Assembly: GCF_902713615.1 (NCBI RefSeq)
Contig: NW_024055744.1
Location: 679,881 to 743,880 of the forward strand
Direction: 5' to 3'
DNA: 64,000 nt
Source: Scyliorhinus canicula
Taxonomy: Eukaryota
Position numbers and translations under genes: made by a program. The notes under the pieces are model-generated. The model had not been told where the DNA came from. It was given only the letters and a program-made list of their open reading frames with translations, and searched no databases. Positions 63,086 through 64,000 of the stretch are shown here, piece after piece; the first letter of the stretch is position 1, and the number at the start of each line of letters is the position of its first letter.

Positions 63086-63410
63086 GTCACAGTGAAATAC
63101 AAGAGACAAACAGAATCTCACCCGGAGAGAAAGACAGACAATCCGGGAGCTTGGATCCAACAGGGATATGTTCATAAGACCGGAAGACAAGGGTAGCAGC
63201 ACAGTCATTCTTGAGAGACAACAATACCTGCTGGAGACAGAGAACTAAACAACACGAATCACAATAAGGTATCTCGACCCATGTACCCGAGACAGGAAGA
63301 AGAACTCAGACTCCAGACACATTATCCAAAAACAGATGGAATATCTGAGGGGACAACAGGCCGAATCCAGGAGGTTCTACCTGCTCCCTAAAATACCCAA
63401 ACACCCTAAC
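63085..63410 (+). mobile_element. Penelope-like RT fragment
   Basis: FIRPEDKGSSTVILERQQYL matches the IKPADKG motif and RRFYLLPKIPK matches the FYxLPKIHK motif. Confidence 0.7.
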
Positions 63411-64000
63411 ACATAAAGATTATTGTTATTGTCACTAATCGGCTTACATTAACTCTGCAATGAAGTTACTGTGAAACGCCCCTGGTCGCCACACTCTGAT
63501 GCCTGTTTGGGTACACAGGGAGAATTCTGACTGTCCAATTCACCGAAAAAGTACGTCTTTCAGGACTTGTGGGAGGAAACCGGAGCACCTGGAGGAAACC
63601 CACGCAGCCAAGGGGAGAACTTGCAGAATCCGCACAGACAGTGACCCAGCGGGATTTGAACTCGGGACCCTGGCACTGTGAAGTAACAGTGCTAACCACT
63701 GTGCTACCATCACGGAGGTACTACCAGACAGACCGATTGGATCAGACTGTGAGAGAGAAAATCAGACAGAATCATAGAATTTACAGTGCAGAAGGCCATT
63801 CGGCCCATCGAGCCTGCACGGCCCTTACAAAGAGCACCCTACTCAAGCCCACTTATCTACCCTATCCACCCAATCCCCGTGACTCAGTAAATCCACCTAA
63901 CTTTTTTTGGACACTAAGGGGCAATTTAGCACAGCCAATCCATCAAGATCCCACAAACAGAAATGTGACTGTGACCAGAGAATCTGTTCAGTGATGTTTG

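Overview
Shark (cartilaginous fish) genomic DNA, not prokaryotic. The taxon is inferred from the IgM sequence and the HE1-type SINE/CR1 repeat content. The first 15 kb holds a complete, open IgM heavy-chain constant region on the + strand: CH1 6801-7100, CH2 7309-7617, CH3 8472-8780, CH4 plus secretory tail 10306-10697, TM1 14211-14338 and TM2 14478-14486. All junctions are canonical GT-AG and in phase, and each form has its own poly(A) signal. No V, D or J segment or RSS was found, so 1-6800 is presumably the 3' part of the J-C intron. That intron contains an antisense LTR carrying clustered octamer-like sites, followed by three abutting tandem arrays: C-rich 28-bp, G-rich 20-bp and AGCT-rich 29-bp. 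The last ends about 0.5 kb before CH1, a layout reminiscent of a tetrapod switch region and the main hypothesis offered here. The remaining ~49 kb is a C2H2 zinc-finger gene cluster: two 13-finger paralogues in an inverted duplication, one 9-finger gene, one pseudogene, several remnants and four NRF1/YY1 CpG promoters. It is interspersed with two decayed near-full-length L1 elements, CR1/L2/Tx1/Rex1/Penelope fragments, many SINEs, a solo LTR, a variant tRNA-Arg(ACG), a 152-bp inverted repeat and TE-derived minisatellites. Exon and tRNA coordinates were read base by base. Repeat boundaries are approximate, and repeat family names come from motif recognition rather than database searches.
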